Assembly: GCF_963921235.1 (NCBI RefSeq)
Contig: NC_086100.1
Coordinates: 202,866,001 to 202,930,000, forward strand
Reading direction: 5' to 3'
DNA length: 64,000 nucleotides
From: Mobula hypostoma
Taxonomy: Eukaryota
Shown here: piece by piece, positions 11,108-24,854 of the stretch
Layout: every line of letters begins with the position of its first letter
How positions within the stretch are numbered: position 1 is the stretch's first letter
Program-made: the position numbers and the translations under genes
Notes under the pieces: generated by a model
Told to the model about the DNA's origin: nothing
Database searches by the model: none
The model's input: only the letters and a program-made list of their open reading frames with translations

Positions 11108-14100
11108 AACAATAGAACCATAGAACATTACAGCACAGAAAGCAGGCCATTCAACCCTTCTAGCCTGTGCTGAAACTTTATTCCGCGAGTCCCATTGACC
11201 CGCACCCAGTCCATAACCCTCCAGACCTCTCCCATCCATGTATCTACCCAATTTATTCTTAAAACTCAAGAGTGAGCCCGCATTTACCACGTCAGATGGC
11301 AGCTCGTTCCACATTCCCACCACTCTCTGAGTGAAGAAGTTCCCCCTAATGGTTCCGCTTTCACCCTAAAGCCACGTCCTTTCGTATTTATCTCTCCTAA
11401 TCTAAGTGGAAAGAGTCTACTTGCATTTACTCTGTCTATATCCCTCATAATTTTGTAAGCCTCTATCAAATCCCCCCTCATTCTTCTACGCTGCAAGGAA
11501 TAAAGTCCTAACCGGTTCAATCTTTCCCTGTAACTCAACTCCTGAAGACCCGGCAACATCCTAGTGAATCTTCTCTGCACTCTTTCAATCTTACTGATAT
11601 CCTTCCTGTAGTTAGGTGACCACAGCAGCACACAATACCTCAAATTTGGCCTCACCAATGTCTTATACAACCTCACCATAACATCCCAACTCCTATACTC
11701 AATACTTTGATTTATGAATACCAGGATGCCAAAAGCCTTCTTTACAACCCTGTCTACCTGTGACGCCACTTTCAGGGAATTATGTATCTGAACTCCCAGA
11801 TCCCTTTGTTCCTCCGCACTCCTCAGTGTATGTCCTACCTTGACTCGTCCTTCCAAAATGCAACTCTTCACACTTGCCTGCATTAAGTTCCATCTGCCAT
11901 TTTCTGGCCCATTTTTCCAGCTGGTCCAGATACCTCTGCAAGCTTTGAAAGCCTTCCTCGCTGTCCACAAAGCTTCCAATCTTAGTGTCATCAGCAAACG
12001 TGCTGATCCAATTTACTACATTATCATCTGGATCATTGATATAGAGTACAAACAACAATGGTCCCAGCACAGAGCCCTGAGGCGCACCACTAGTCACAGG
12101 CCTCCAGTCTGAGAAGCAATCATCCACTACCACTCTCAGGCTTGTAATTACCTGGTTTACTTTTGGAGCCTTTTTTAAACAACGGAACAACATGAGCTAC
12201 CCTCCAATCCTCTGGCACCACACCAGTGGTTAAGGACATTTTAAATATTTCTGCCAGGGCCCCTGCAATTTCTACATTAGTCTCTCTCAAGGTCCGAGGA
12301 AATATCATGTCAGGCCTGGGGGGTTTATCTACCTTTATTTGCTGTAAAGGAAGCAAGCACCTCCTCCTCTTTAATCTCTATATGTTCCATGACACTACTG
12401 CTTGTTTCCCTTCCTTCCATATACGCTATGCCAGTTTCCTGAGTAAATACTGATGCAAAAAAACTGTTTAAGGTCTCCCCATCTTGTGAGGCTCCACACA
12501 TAGACGACCACTCTGATCTTCTAGGGGACCAATTCTGTCCCTTACTATCTTTTTACTCTTAATACACTTGTAGAAACCCTTCGGGTTTACCTTCACATTA
12601 TCTGCCAAAACAAACTCATGTCTTCTTTTTGCCTTCCTGATTTCCTTCTTTAGTATTTTATTACATTTTCTATACTCTTCAAGTACCTCATTTGTTCGTT
12701 GTTGCCTATACCTACTATACACCTCTCTCTTTTTCTTAACTAGATCGCCAATATCCCTTCAAAACCAAGGTTCCCTATGCCTGTTAACTTTGCCTTTAAT
12801 CCTAGCAGGAACATGCAAACTCTGCACTCTCAAAATTTCACCTTTGAAGGCCTTCCACATACTGAACACATCCTTGCCAGGAAACAACTTATCCCAATCC
12901 ACTCGTCCTAGATCCTTTCTCTTTTTTTTTTGTAATTTATTTTTTATTGAAATTCATCATCAAACGAAAATTTCCATAAGATATATTTCAGATACTGTAC
13001 ATGTCATATACTCATATTTGTCACAAATCTCCACATAATATTTATCTGAGGTATACATTTATACCTAGATCCTTTCTCATTTCCACAAAATTGCCCTTCT
13101 CCAATTTAGAACCTCAACTCGAGGACCAGACCAATCCTTATCCATAATTAACTTGAAATTAATGACATTATGATCACTGGACCCAGAACGTTCGCCTACA
13201 CATACCTTCACCTAACCTGTCTGGTTCCCTAATAGGAGATCAAGTATTGCATCCTCTCACGTGGGTACCTCTATATATTGATTTAGCAAACTTTCCTGAA
13301 CTTCAAACTCCAAGCCATCTAGCTCTTTCACAGTGTGGGAGTCCCAGTCAATATGTGGAAAGTTAAAACCTCCTACTGTTACTACTTTCTGTTTCTTACA
13401 TCGGTCTGTTATCTGTCTACAGATTTGCTCCTCCAATTCTCTCTGACTATTGGATGGTCTACAATACAACCCTATTAGTGTGGTCACACCTTCCCCGTTT
13501 CTCATCTCCACCCATATGGCCTCTGCGGACGAGCCTTCCGGGCTGTCCTGCCTACGCACAGCTGTGATATTTTCCGTGACAAGGAACGCCACTCCTCCCC
13601 CTTTCATCCCTTCCCCTCTATCATGTCAGAAACAACGGAACCCCAGAACATTAAGCTGCCAGTCCTGCCCCTGCTGCGACCAAGTCTTATTCATAGCAAT
13701 AATGTCGTAATCCCATGTGCCAATCCACGCCCTAAGCTCATCTGCCTTACCTACAATACTCCTTGCATTGAAATAGATACACCTGAGAACATTTCTATCA
13801 CGTGCAAACCTTTGATTTCTGTCTGTATATGTAGTCCTTGCATGACCTTTATCCTCCTCCACCTCACTATCTGTTCTAACACTCTGGTTCCCCTCTCCCT
13901 GCATATCTAATTTAAACCCCCCGGAGCAGCAATAGCAAACCTTCCCGCAAAGATGTTAGTCCCCCTCCAGTTCAGGTGCAACCCGTCCCGTCAGAACAGG
14001 TCCCCCCTTCCCTGGAACAAAGCCCAATTGTCCAGAAACATGAAGCCCTCCCTCCTGCACCATCTCCTTAGCCACGTATTCAGCTGCATTATCTTCCTAT

Positions 14101-15333
14101 TTCTGGCCTCACTAGCACGTGGCATGGGTAGCAATCCTGAGATTGCAACCCTGGAGATCCTGTCCTTCAACTTTGCACCTAACTCCCTAAACTCTCTTTG
14201 CAGGATCTCCTCCTCCTTCCTGTCCACATCATTGGTCCCTACATGGACCACGACATCTGGCTGCTCACCCTCCCTCCTGAGAATACCTAGAACTCAATCT
14301 GAGATATCGCGGACCCTGGTACCAGGGAGGCAAAAGACCATCCGGGATTCTTGATCTCTCCCACAGAACCTCTTATCTGTCCCCCTAACTATCGAATCCC
14401 CTATCGCTACTGATCTCCTCTTTTCCCTCCTTCCCTTCTGAGCTGAGGGTCCAGTCTCGGTGCCAGAGACGTGACCACTACAACTTGTCCCTGGTAGGTC
14501 GTCCCCACCAACAGTATCCAAAGCGGCATACTTATTGTTGATGGGAACGGCCACAGGGGTGCTCTGCTCTTTCTGTCTATTCCCCTTCCCTCTCCTGACA
14601 GTCACCCAGCTACCTGCCTCCTGACTTTTAGGGGTGACTACCTCCCTGAAACTCCTGTCTATTTCTGCCTCTGCCTCCCGAATGATCCGAAGTCCATCCA
14701 GCTCCAGCTCCAGTTCCCTAACTCGGTTTGTCAGGAACTGCAGCTGGATGCACCTTTTACAGGTGTAGTCATCGGGGACAATTGTGCTGTCCCTGACTTC
14801 CCACATACAGCAAACAGAGCACTCGACTACCCTAACTGCTGCCTCCATTACCTACTCCTAAGTTAATTAAATTAATTAAAGGAACTTACCTGGCCTTACC
14901 TCACTGGGAGCAGGTTCATCCTCAGCCTCTGCTCGCCGAAGCCTCAAAGCTCCACTCCTACCCTGAGCCACTCACACACTGGCCACTCCTCTCCAGTTAC
15001 CCCTCCTTTTATTTGTCCCTGCCAATTATCTCAAGTACTCACTCCCTCTGATCAACTAATCAACACTCTGTTTAACCCTTCAGTTGCCCTCCGCACTCCT
15101 TCTAAAGCACAATCTCCTCAGCTGTTTCTCAGCACTCAGCGCTCTACCGAGCCCCTCGCTCCTCCTCCTGCTGCGACTGTCCTGTGATCACACTGTCCCG
15201 AGTCCCCGCTCCGTGCTCCTTTTAAAGCATCTCACCTCAGCTGTTTCTCAGCGCTCTCCCGAGCCCCTCACTCCTCCTCCTGCTACAACGGTCCCATGAT
15301 CACACTGTCCCGAGTCCCCGCTCTGCGCTCCTT
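11108..15333 (-). mobile_element. Near-full-length CR1 with ORF1 (zinc finger/leucine zipper plus SGNH esterase) and internally deleted ORF2 (subfamily A)
   Basis: ORF1 pieces 14294-14848 (CSVC..CKRC, heptad leucines, GDSIVRG) and 13991-14251 (HVGTND); EN 13626-13904 and 13257-13607; RT C-half 11284-12193; 5'UTR tandem monomers; tail at 11108. Confidence 0.92.
12922..13063 (-). mobile_element. 142-bp poly(A)-tailed retroinsertion (probably an L1 3' end) with 15-bp TSD
   Basis: TSD cctagatcctttctc at 12907-12921 and 13064-13078; poly-T and TTTATT on +. Confidence 0.8.
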
Positions 15334-16192
15334 TTAAGAAGAAGAGAAAAGCTTACAAAAGGTTTAAGAAAATAGGTATTGTTAGAGCTCTATAAAAATG
15401 TTGCTAGAAAGGAGCTTAAGAATGGAGAGCTAGAAGGGACCATGAGAAGGCCTTGGTGGACAGGATTAAGGAAAACCCCAAGGCATTCGACAAGTATGTG
15501 AAGAGCAAGAGGATAAGACGTGAAAGAATAGGACCGATCAAGTGTGACAGTGGAAAAGTGTGTATGGAACCGGAGGAGATAGCAGAGGTACTTAATGAAT
15601 ACTTTGCTTCAGTATTCACGACGGAAAAGGATCTTGGTGATTGTAGGGATGACTTATAGCCAATGGACATTAGGATGTGCTGGAGCTTTTGAAAAGCATT
15701 GTTAGAAAAGTCACCGGGACCGGATGAGATATGGAATGATGGTGGAAGCGGATACAATAGGGTCTTTTAAGAGCATCTTAGATAGGTATATGGAGTTTAG
15801 AAAAATAGAGGGCTATGTACTAGAGAAATTCTAGGCAGTTACATGGTCGGTACAACAGTAGGCCGAAGGGCCTGTAATGTGCTGTAAATTTCGAAGTTCT
15901 ACGTTCTAGAATGTGCTAGAACTTTTGAAAGGTACTAAGTTAGATAAGTGCTGGGACTGGACGGGATATACCCCAGGCTACTGTGGGAAGTGAGGGAGGA
16001 GATGATCATCAATAGGGACAGGAGAGGTTCCGGAGGATTGGAGGGTTGCAGACATTGCTCCCTTGTTCAAGAAAGGAAATAGAATTAACCCAGGAAATTA
16101 CAGACCAGTGAGTCTTACTTCAGTGGTGAGTAAGTTGTTGGAGAAGATCCTGAAAGGCAGGATTTATGAGCATTTGGAGAGACATAATCTGA

Positions 16193-19100
16193 CATCAACC
16201 GTCTCAATTTCATCACTCCTCTCTGTTCCAACCTCACTCCCTCTGAATGCACTGCCCTCCGCTCTCTCCACACTAATCCCAACCTCACCATCAAAGCCGC
16301 TGACAAAGGTGGTGCCGTAGTAGTCTGGCGGATGGACCTCTACCTCACTGAGGCCAAAAGGCCCCACCAAAGAACATCAAACCATTGTCTCCCGCACCAT
16401 CACCGCTCTTATCAACTCCGGAGACCTTCCATCCTCAGCCGCTAAACTCATTATTCCCACACCCCGCACCGCTTGGTTTTACCTCCTCCCCAAGATACAC
16501 AAGCCTGACTGTCCCGGTAGACCCATAGTTTCTGCCTGCTCCTGTCCCACCGAACTGGTATCTGCCTACCTGGACTCCACTTTGTCACCCATAGTTCAGT
16601 CCCTCCCCACCTACATCTGGGATACATCCCATGCCCTCCACCTCTTCAATAACTTCCAGTTCCCCGGTCCCAACCGCTTCATTTTCACTATGGATGTCCA
16701 ATCCTTATACACCTCCATTCCTCATCAAGAAGGCCTCAAAGCTTCCACACAGAAGGTTAGTTCGGAAGGCTCAATCGTTAGGCATTAATATTGAAGTAGT
16801 AAAATGGATTCAGCAGTGACTAGATGGGAGATGCCAGAGAGTAGTGGTGGATAACTGTGTGTCAGATTGGAGGCCGGTGATTAGTGGTGTGCCTCAGGGA
16901 TCTCTACTGGGTCCAATGTTGTTTGTCATATATATTAATGATCTGGATGATGGGGTGGTAAATTGGATTAGTAAGTATGCAGATGATACTAAGATAGGTG
17001 GTGTTGTGGATAATGAAGTAGGTTTTCAAAGCTTGCAGAGAGATTCAGGCCAGTTAGAAGAGTGGGCTGAAAGTTGGCAGATGGAGCTTAATGCTGAAAA
17101 ATGTGAGGTGCTACATTTTGGTAGAACTAATCAAGATAGGACATACATGGTAAATGGTAGGGCATTGAAGAATGCAGTAGAACAGAGGGATCTAGGAATA
17201 ATGGTGCACAGTTCCCTGAAGATGGAATCTCATTTTGGATAGGGTGGTGAAGAAAGCTTTTGATTTGCTGCCCTTTATTAATCAGAGCATTGAGTATTGG
17301 AGTTGGGATGTAATGTTAAAATTGTACAAGAGATTGGTAAGGCCAAATCTGGAGTATTATGTACAGTTCTGGTCACCGAATTCTAGGAAAGATGTCAATA
17401 AAATTGAGAGAGTACAGAGGAGGTTTACTAAAATGTTGCCTGGGTTTCATCTCCTAAGTTACAGAGAAAGGTTGAACAAGTTAGGTCTTTATTCTTTGGA
17501 GCGTAGAAGGTTGAGGGGAGACTTGATAGAGATGCTTAAAATTATGAGGGGGATTGATAGAGTTGACGTGGTTAGACTTTTTCCATTGAGAGTGGGGGAG
17601 ATTCAAACAAGAGGACATGAGTTGAGAGTTAAAGGGCAAAAGTTTAGGGATAACATGAGGGGGAACTTCTTTACTCAGAGAGTGGTAGCTGTGTGGAACG
17701 AGCTTCCAGCAGAAGTGGTTGAGGCAGGTTCGATGTTGTTGTTTAAAGTTAAATTGGACAGCTATATGGACAGGAAAGGAATGGAGAGTTATGAGCCGAG
17801 TGCAGGTTGGTGGGACTAGGATAGGGTAAGAGTTCGGCATGGACTAGAAGGGCTGAGATGGCCTATTTCCGTGCTGTAATTGTTATAGGGTTATATGTTA
17901 TATGGTTAAAGCCCTCTGCTACTTTCTGGGCAATAGACCTCACTAGTTCCCCACCACCACCACCTTCCTCCGGTTGGCGGAACTGGTTCTCATACTCAAT
18001 AACTTCTCTTTTGGCTCTTCCCACTTTTCTTTAGACTAAGGGTGTATCTATGGGAACTTGCATGGGCCCCAGCTATGCCTGCCTCTTCGTTGGTTATGTG
18101 GAACAGTCTGTGCTCCAAACCTATTCTGGTACTGCTCCCCAACTTTTCCTTTGGTATACTGACGACTACATTGGTGCTGCTTCCTGCACCCATGCTGAGC
18201 TCGTCAATTTCATCGACTTTACTTCAAACTTCCACCCAGCCCTCAAATTCACTTGGTCTATCTCGGACTGTTCTCTCCCCTTTCTCGATCTCTCGGTCTC
18301 CATCTCTGGAGACAGACTGTCCACTGACATTTTCTACAAGCCCACCGACTCTCATAACTACCTCGACTATACCTCTTCCCACCCCGCCACATGCAAAAAT
18401 GCCATTCCATATTCCCAGTTCCTCCGTCTCTGCTGCATCTGCTCCCAGAATAAGGCTTTCCATTCCAGGACATCTCAAATGTCCTCTTTCTTTAAGGATC
18501 GTGGTTTCCCTTCTGCTGTCATCAATGATGCCCTCACCCGCATCTCCTCCATTTCCCGCACTTCAGCCCTCACCCCAGCCTCCCACCACCACAACAGGGA
18601 CAGAGTTCCCCTTGTCCTCACCTACCAGCCCAGCACCCTCCGGATCCAGCACATTATCCTCCGCAACTTCCGCCACCTTCAACAGGACCCCACCACCAAG
18701 CAAATCTTTCACTCTCCACCCCTCTCCGCTTTCCGCAGGGATCGGTCCCTCCACACGTCCCTCCCCACGGATCTCCCACCCGGCACTTATCCCTGTAAGC
18801 GTAAGTGCTACACCTGTCCCTACACCTCCTCTCTTGTCACCATTCAGGGCCCCAAACAGTCCTTCCAGGTAAGGCAACACTTCACTTGTGAGTCTGTTGG
18901 GGTCATCTATTGCATCCGATGCTCCCGATGTGGCCTCTTTTACATCGGTGAAACCCGACGCAGATTGGGGGACCGCTTCGTCGAGCACCTCCACTCCGTC
19001 CGCCACAACAGACAGGATCTCCTGGTAGCCACCCACTTCAACTCTGCTTCCCATTCCAATTCAGATATGTCCATACATGGCCTCCTCTACTGCCATGATG

Positions 19101-19583
19101 AGGCTAAACTCAGGTTGGAGGAGCAACACCTCATATACCGTCTAGGTAGTCTCCAGCCCCTTGGTATGAACATAGAATTCTCCAACTTCCAGTAATTCCC
19201 TCCCCCTCCCTTCCCCTATCCCTATTTCACTCTGGCCCCCTCCCCCAGCTGCCTATCACCTCCCTCATGGTTCCGCGTCCTTCTACTACCCATTGTGTTT
19301 TCCCCTATTCCTTCTTCACCTTTCCTGCCTATCCCCTCCCTGCTTCCCCTCCCCCACCCCCACCCCTTTATCTTTCCCCTTACTGGTTTTTCACCTGGAA
19401 CCTACCAGCCTTTTCCTTCCCACCCTCCCCCATCTTCTTTATAGGGCCTCTGCCCCTTCCCTCTACAGTTCCGGCCCGAAACGTTGACTGATCGTTTCCA
19501 CGGATGCTGGCCGACCTGCTGAGTTCCTCCAGTGTGTTGTGAGTGTTGCTTTGACCCCAGTATCCGCAGAGTATTTTGTGTTT
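16193..19583 (+). mobile_element. Penelope-like element (RT plus GIY-YIG endonuclease), 5'-truncated, 9-bp TSD
   Basis: MDVQSLYTSIP, MGTCMGPSYACLFVG, YTDD, LPFLD, GVIYCIRCSRCGLFYIGETRRRLGDRFVEH (ORF 18050-19195); TSD ataatctga at 16184-16192 and 19584-19592. Confidence 0.93.
16743..17907 (+). mobile_element. CR1 3' fragment nested in the Penelope RT
   Basis: ORFs 16844-17242 (SKYADDTK) and 17235-17819; aaagc duplicated at 16738-16742 and 17908-17912. Confidence 0.88.
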
Positions 19584-21583
19584 ATAATCTGATTAGGGAT
19601 CGTCAGCATGGCTTTGCCAAAGGCAGGTCATGCCTTACGAGCTTGATGGAATTCTTTGAGGATGTAACAAAACACATAGATGAAGGTAGAGCAATGGATG
19701 TAATGTGTACAGATTTCAGTAAGGCATTTCATAAGGTTCCCATGCAAGAAAGTAAAGAGGCATGGGATCCAAGAAGACGTTGCTTTGTGGATCTGGAATT
19801 GGCTTTCCCACAGAAGGCAAGGGTGGTTGTCATTGCTTCGTATTCTACATGGAGGTTGGCGACCAGTGGTGTTCTGCCAGGATCTGTTCTCGGACCCCTG
19901 GATGAGGAAGTAGAAAGGTGGGTTAGTATATTTTCTGTTGATATAATAGTTGGGGGTGTGTGGATAGTCTGGAGGGTTTTCAGAGTTTACAGTGTGACGT
20001 CGATAGGATGCAGAACTGGGCTGAGAAGTGGCATTGGAACCCAGATAAATATGAAGTGGTTCATTTAGGTCGGTTAAATTTGAAGACAATATAATATTAA
20101 TGGTAAGATTCTTGGCAGTATGGAGGATCTGAGAAGTCTTGGGGCTCATGTCCATAGGACACTGAAAGCTGTGCAGGTTGACAGTGTTGTTAAGTAGGCA
20201 TATGGTGCGTTGGCATTCAGCAACCGTGGGATTGAGTTCAAGAGCCGCAAGGTAATGTTACAGTTATATAAGACCTTAGTTAGACCCCACTTGGAGTACT
20301 GCGTTCAGTTCTGGTCACCTCACTACAGGAAGGATGTGAATACTGTAGAGAAAGTGTAAAGGAGATCTACAAGGATGTTTCTTGGATTGGAGAGCATGCC
20401 TTATGAGAATAAGCTGAGTGAATTTGGCTTTTTCTCCTTGGAGCGACAGATGAGGGATGACCTGACAGAGGTGTACAAGGTGATGAGAGGCATTGATGGT
20501 GTGGATAGACAGAGGCTTTTGCCCAAGGCTGAAATGGCTAACACAAGGGGGCTTGGAAGTAGGTACAAGCAGATGTCAGACGTAAGTTTTTCATACAGAG
20601 AGTGGTGAGTGCATGGAATGCACTGCTAGAGAAGGTGGTAGAGGTGGATACAATGGGATCTTTTAAGAAGCTTTTAGATTGGTACATGGAGCTTAGAAAA
20701 ATAGGGTAATGCGGTAGGGAAATTCTAGACAGTTTCTAGAATAGATTATATGTTTGGCACAACATTGTGGGCTGAAGGGCCTGTAGATTTCTATGTTTCT
20801 ATGTAGCTATAAATGGGTTACTTGACTTTGTTAGCTAAGGGATGCAATGCAAGAGGAGCAATGTTGTGTAACTACATTAGTTAAGCCACATCTGGGGAAC
20901 CTGCCCTACTACGGAGTTCGATAAACTTGATAAATTTAAACTTGAACTGTAGGAAGAATACAGCTGATTGGAGAGAGTGCAGGGAATATTTATCAGGATG
21001 TTAACTTCAAAACATTTCAGTTATGAAGAGAGATTAGACTGACTGGGTTTGCTTTCCTGATTGAGGTATGCAAAATTAAGAAGGACACAGGTATGGTAAA
21101 AAGAGAGATACTTTTTTCCCTTAGCAGAAATATCTATAAATAGACAGTGTAGGTTTAAGATGAAGGCAGGAAATTTAGAAGGGATTGAGGAAGAATAAAC
21201 TAATTTGGTAGGGAGATGGGAACCAGAGTGATAGGGATGTTGGTTTATAAGTAGAGATAAAAAATGCAGCACAGAAACAGGTCCTTTGGTCCATCTGGTT
21301 CATGTCAAATCGCTTAAACTGTGTACTCTCATTGATTTGTACCTGGCCCATACTGCCCCCCCCCACCCCGTACCTCTACAATCCATCTATGTATCTGACC
21401 TTCTCTTAAGCAATGACATTGAGCTTACGCTGGCATCATCCACACCCTCACCATCTACTGAGTGAAGAAGTTTCTGCTCACATTACCCTTAAACTTTTCA
21501 CCTTTCACCCTTAACCCATGACCTCTAATTCTAGTCCCACCCAACCTCAGTGGGAAAAAAGCCTGCTTGCATTTACCCTATCT

Positions 21584-24500
21584 TTTCCAATCTTTTTATT
21601 AATATCAAAATGTTAAACATAACATAATATTAATACAAAGTAATTCGGATTACATTGTTAATAATTAGCATATAAAAATATAAACTCAGTTAACACACGG
21701 ATATTAAACCTCCCAAAATCTTACAAAATACGAATATAAGAAAAAAATGCAATAGAAAAAGAAAAGAAAAAAAAACACAAAATACCCCCCCAAAAAACTA
21801 AACTAAACAATACTAATCAACTAAACTAAGGAAAAGAAAAAGACATGGGCTGTTATGTTACGTCAAATAGGACCATTAGTGTCATTAACTCTGCTCCCCT
21901 CTCCATATATTTGAAAGTAATAGAATAGGTTTGGAAAAGGTCAAATTACATCATATGGAAGTGTTGAATAAATGGCCTCCAAGTCTTTTCGAATTTAGTA
22001 GAAGGATCATAAATGACACTTCTAATTTTTTCTAAATTTAAACACAATGTACTTTGAGAGAACCAATGAAATGTAGTTGGAGGATTAATTTCTTTTTTGA
22101 TAATGTTGATTCTAAAATTTCTTCATATATATGGCAGAATAAAAATTCTAGGTCAGGTAAAAGATATTTACAGAAGTTGAAAAAGGAGGGTGGTCTGGCA
22201 TTGCTGAACTTTAGATTTTACTATTGGGCAATTAATATTTGATATTTAAAATTTTTGGACATGGGACTTGGACATAACTTCAAGTCCACATTGGGTAAAT
22301 CTTGAATGTAAATCTGTACAAGGATTTTCACTGGGTTCTATTTTAGGGACTTCGCTTCCCCTTGCTCTTTCTAAATTGTATAAACAAACGGATAACCTAA
22401 TAGTTAAATATACTTTACGAATATGGTTTCAATTTCAAAAATTTTTTGGGTTGAATCAATTTATTCTAGCAAGCCCTATTATATCTTTTTTTTCAACCCT
22501 CTATTATGGATCAAGCCTATTTGGTTTGGAAAACCAAAGGTATATTACGATTTTGTGATCTATTTTTGGATAACTGTTTCATGACCTTTGAACAATTGTC
22601 TAATAAATATAATTTTCCAGACCAAGAGTTAGAAAATATCATTTACAAAAATTAAAAAAGGATGGAGGTCTTGCTTTGCCTAATTTAAGAATGTACTATT
22701 GGGCTGTTAATATAAGTTATATGTGTTCCTGGTTATATTGGGCTGATAAAAATGAATGACCACCTTGTGTTGATTTGGAATTGAAAGCTGTGAAACAATT
22801 TTACTTAACCTCATTATTAGGAGCTTCTTTATCTGTACAACTGGACAAAATTTCTAATCTAAATTTATAACCTATGATTAAGCAATTGTTACGAATTTGG
22901 TACCAGTTTCGTAATTTTTTTAATCTCAAAAAATTTAACCTTCTTTATCGGAATTATTTATTTAAACCTTCATTAAGTGATCCTACCTTTTTTCTTTGGA
23001 GGAATAAAGGAGTCTATTCCTTCATGGATCTGTTCCAAGAAGGCTGATTGATGTCTTTTGAGAAATTAGTAACTAAATACTCTCTCTCATACTCACATTT
23101 CTTGCAATATCTTCAGGTCAGACATTTCTTACAAGAATATTTAAGTAACTTTCCATATATACAGGATTCTGATCTGTTAGACATTATTTTAAAAATGAAT
23201 CCTTTAGTGAAAGGTTTTATTGGGAAAATTTATAATTTACTGTTACAACAGTACAATTACCCTTCACTAAAGATTAAGCAAGATTGGGAAAGAGAGCTTA
23301 ACATGACCTTGCTAACAGAGGATTGGTTGCAAATTTTGAAGTTGGTTAACTCTTCTTCGATTTGTGCCAGTCACTCTTTAATTCAATTTAAAATTGTACA
23401 TCGTTACTATTTGACAAAGGAGAGACTGTCTAAATTGTTTCCTAATGTTGATAGTGAGTGTGATAGATGTAAAACCGAGACAGCAATATTGACACATACG
23501 TTTTGGTCGTGTTCTGTATTGAAACAGTTTTGGAAATCTATTTTTTTCTACAATTTCTAAAGCTTTAAAAATTAATTTACAACCTAATAAATTGACAGTT
23601 TTGTTCGGTATAATCCCTCAATATATTCATGGTATTTCTATATCAGACCAACATGTAATTATTTGTTACGTTATTGGCCAGAAGGGCTATTTTATTGAAA
23701 TGGAAAGATGTCTCTGCTCCCACTTTGATACAATGGTTCTCTCAGGTGATGTTATGTCTCAGTTTGGAGAAAATCAGAAGTCGAACTTTTGATCCTCGAT
23801 TTGACTTTGAGAAAAGGTGGGGTTCTTTTGCCCGCTACTATCATCTGATTTGAGTTAATTAAGATGGTTTCCTTCTGATTCTTGTTTAAATGGATTTGAG
23901 TTGGCGGATTGATGTTTTTCTTTTATGGAAGCTTGTACGGCGCATCGCTCCGGGGTTGTGCTCCCAATGGGTTTTTTTTTCTTTTTTTTTTGTTAGCAGG
24001 GGTTTTCTTTTGTTTTAGTTAGTAGGGGTTCTTTTTTTCGTTCTTTCTTTTTTCCAAAAATATTCTTAATGCTTTATTTTTTCTTCTTATTATTGATATA
24101 TTGTTTAGCTTTGTTAATCAGTTATTTGGTAATTTAATTCCTCATTGTACATATTGACTGTTGACTTGATTACTTTAATGTATTTTTTTTTGTTGATCTC
24201 AATAACAATCAATAAAAAAGATTTAAAAATGAAATGAAATAATTTGCCTAAATCCCATTTCTTTAGATATTTACAGATTAGAAACTTTTTAAATACTGTT
24301 CTTCCTACCTTTCTGAATCTATATCCAACGGATATTTTGGAAAAAAATTTTGAATTTAAATCCTTTTCAGAAATTTTAAAATTGCAACCATTTATAATAT
24401 AATTATAAAAATACATCCAGATTTATCTAATAAAATTAAGAGTGATTGGGAAAGGGAACTTAAGCTTACTTTACCTATTGAAAAATGGGACCAAATTTTT

Positions 24501-24854
24501 CAATTAGTTAATTTATCCTCTATATGTGCTAAACATGCACTGATACAATTTAAAGTAGTACATAGAGCCCATATGTCTAAGGATAAACTCGCTCGTTATT
24601 ATTCTCATATAAACCCTGTATGTGGTAGACATCACTCTGAGAAAGCTTCATTAACTCATATGTTTTGGACATGACCTTTTTTGAAAAAGTATTGGAAAGA
24701 TATCTTTGATATTATTTCAACTGTTTTGAGTATTGATTTACAACCTCACCCTATTACGGCAATTTTTGGTTTACCAATGATAGAATCAAATCATTTAACT
24801 TCTTCAGCTCGTCGGATGACTGCATTTGTTACATTAATGGCTAGAAGATCCATT
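21584..24854 (-). mobile_element. 5'-inverted (twin-primed) L1 fragment
   Basis: ORF2 end, 3'UTR and T-rich tail on - (21584-~22093); upstream ORF2 part on + (~22090-22620 and ~24238-24854); degenerate TSD 21567-21583 / 24855-24871. Confidence 0.8.
22621..24237 (+). mobile_element. Second L1 3' fragment nested in the inverted L1 arm
   Basis: KKDGGLALPNL; ORF 23048-23560 with CDRC..H.FWSC; T-rich 3'UTR; AATAAA at ~24211. Confidence 0.8.

Larger units (their letters stand above)
9917..15908 (+). mobile_element. RT-less CR1 deletion derivative (subfamily B), split into 9917-11107 and ~15334-15908
   Basis: EN motifs (CVYFNAR, VMGDFNFP). gaaaatctag|ttaagaagaa is contiguous in the sister copy at ~32250. 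SPGPDEI is joined directly to the 3'-terminal WN..VEAD segment at ~15730. Confidence 0.8.
15909..20805 (+). mobile_element. CR1 3' half (RT to tail), split by a Penelope element
   Basis: PGNYRPVSLTS..EHLERHNL (ORF 16063) continues as NLIRDRQHGF..DFSKAF (ORF 19532); tail ttctatgtttctatg at ~20790. Confidence 0.85.

Noticed and set aside
18050..19195. Bacterial retron, group II intron or RT-nuclease defence system
   Set aside because: RT plus GIY-YIG with this 3' repeat and TSD is the standard Penelope layout in a vertebrate context.
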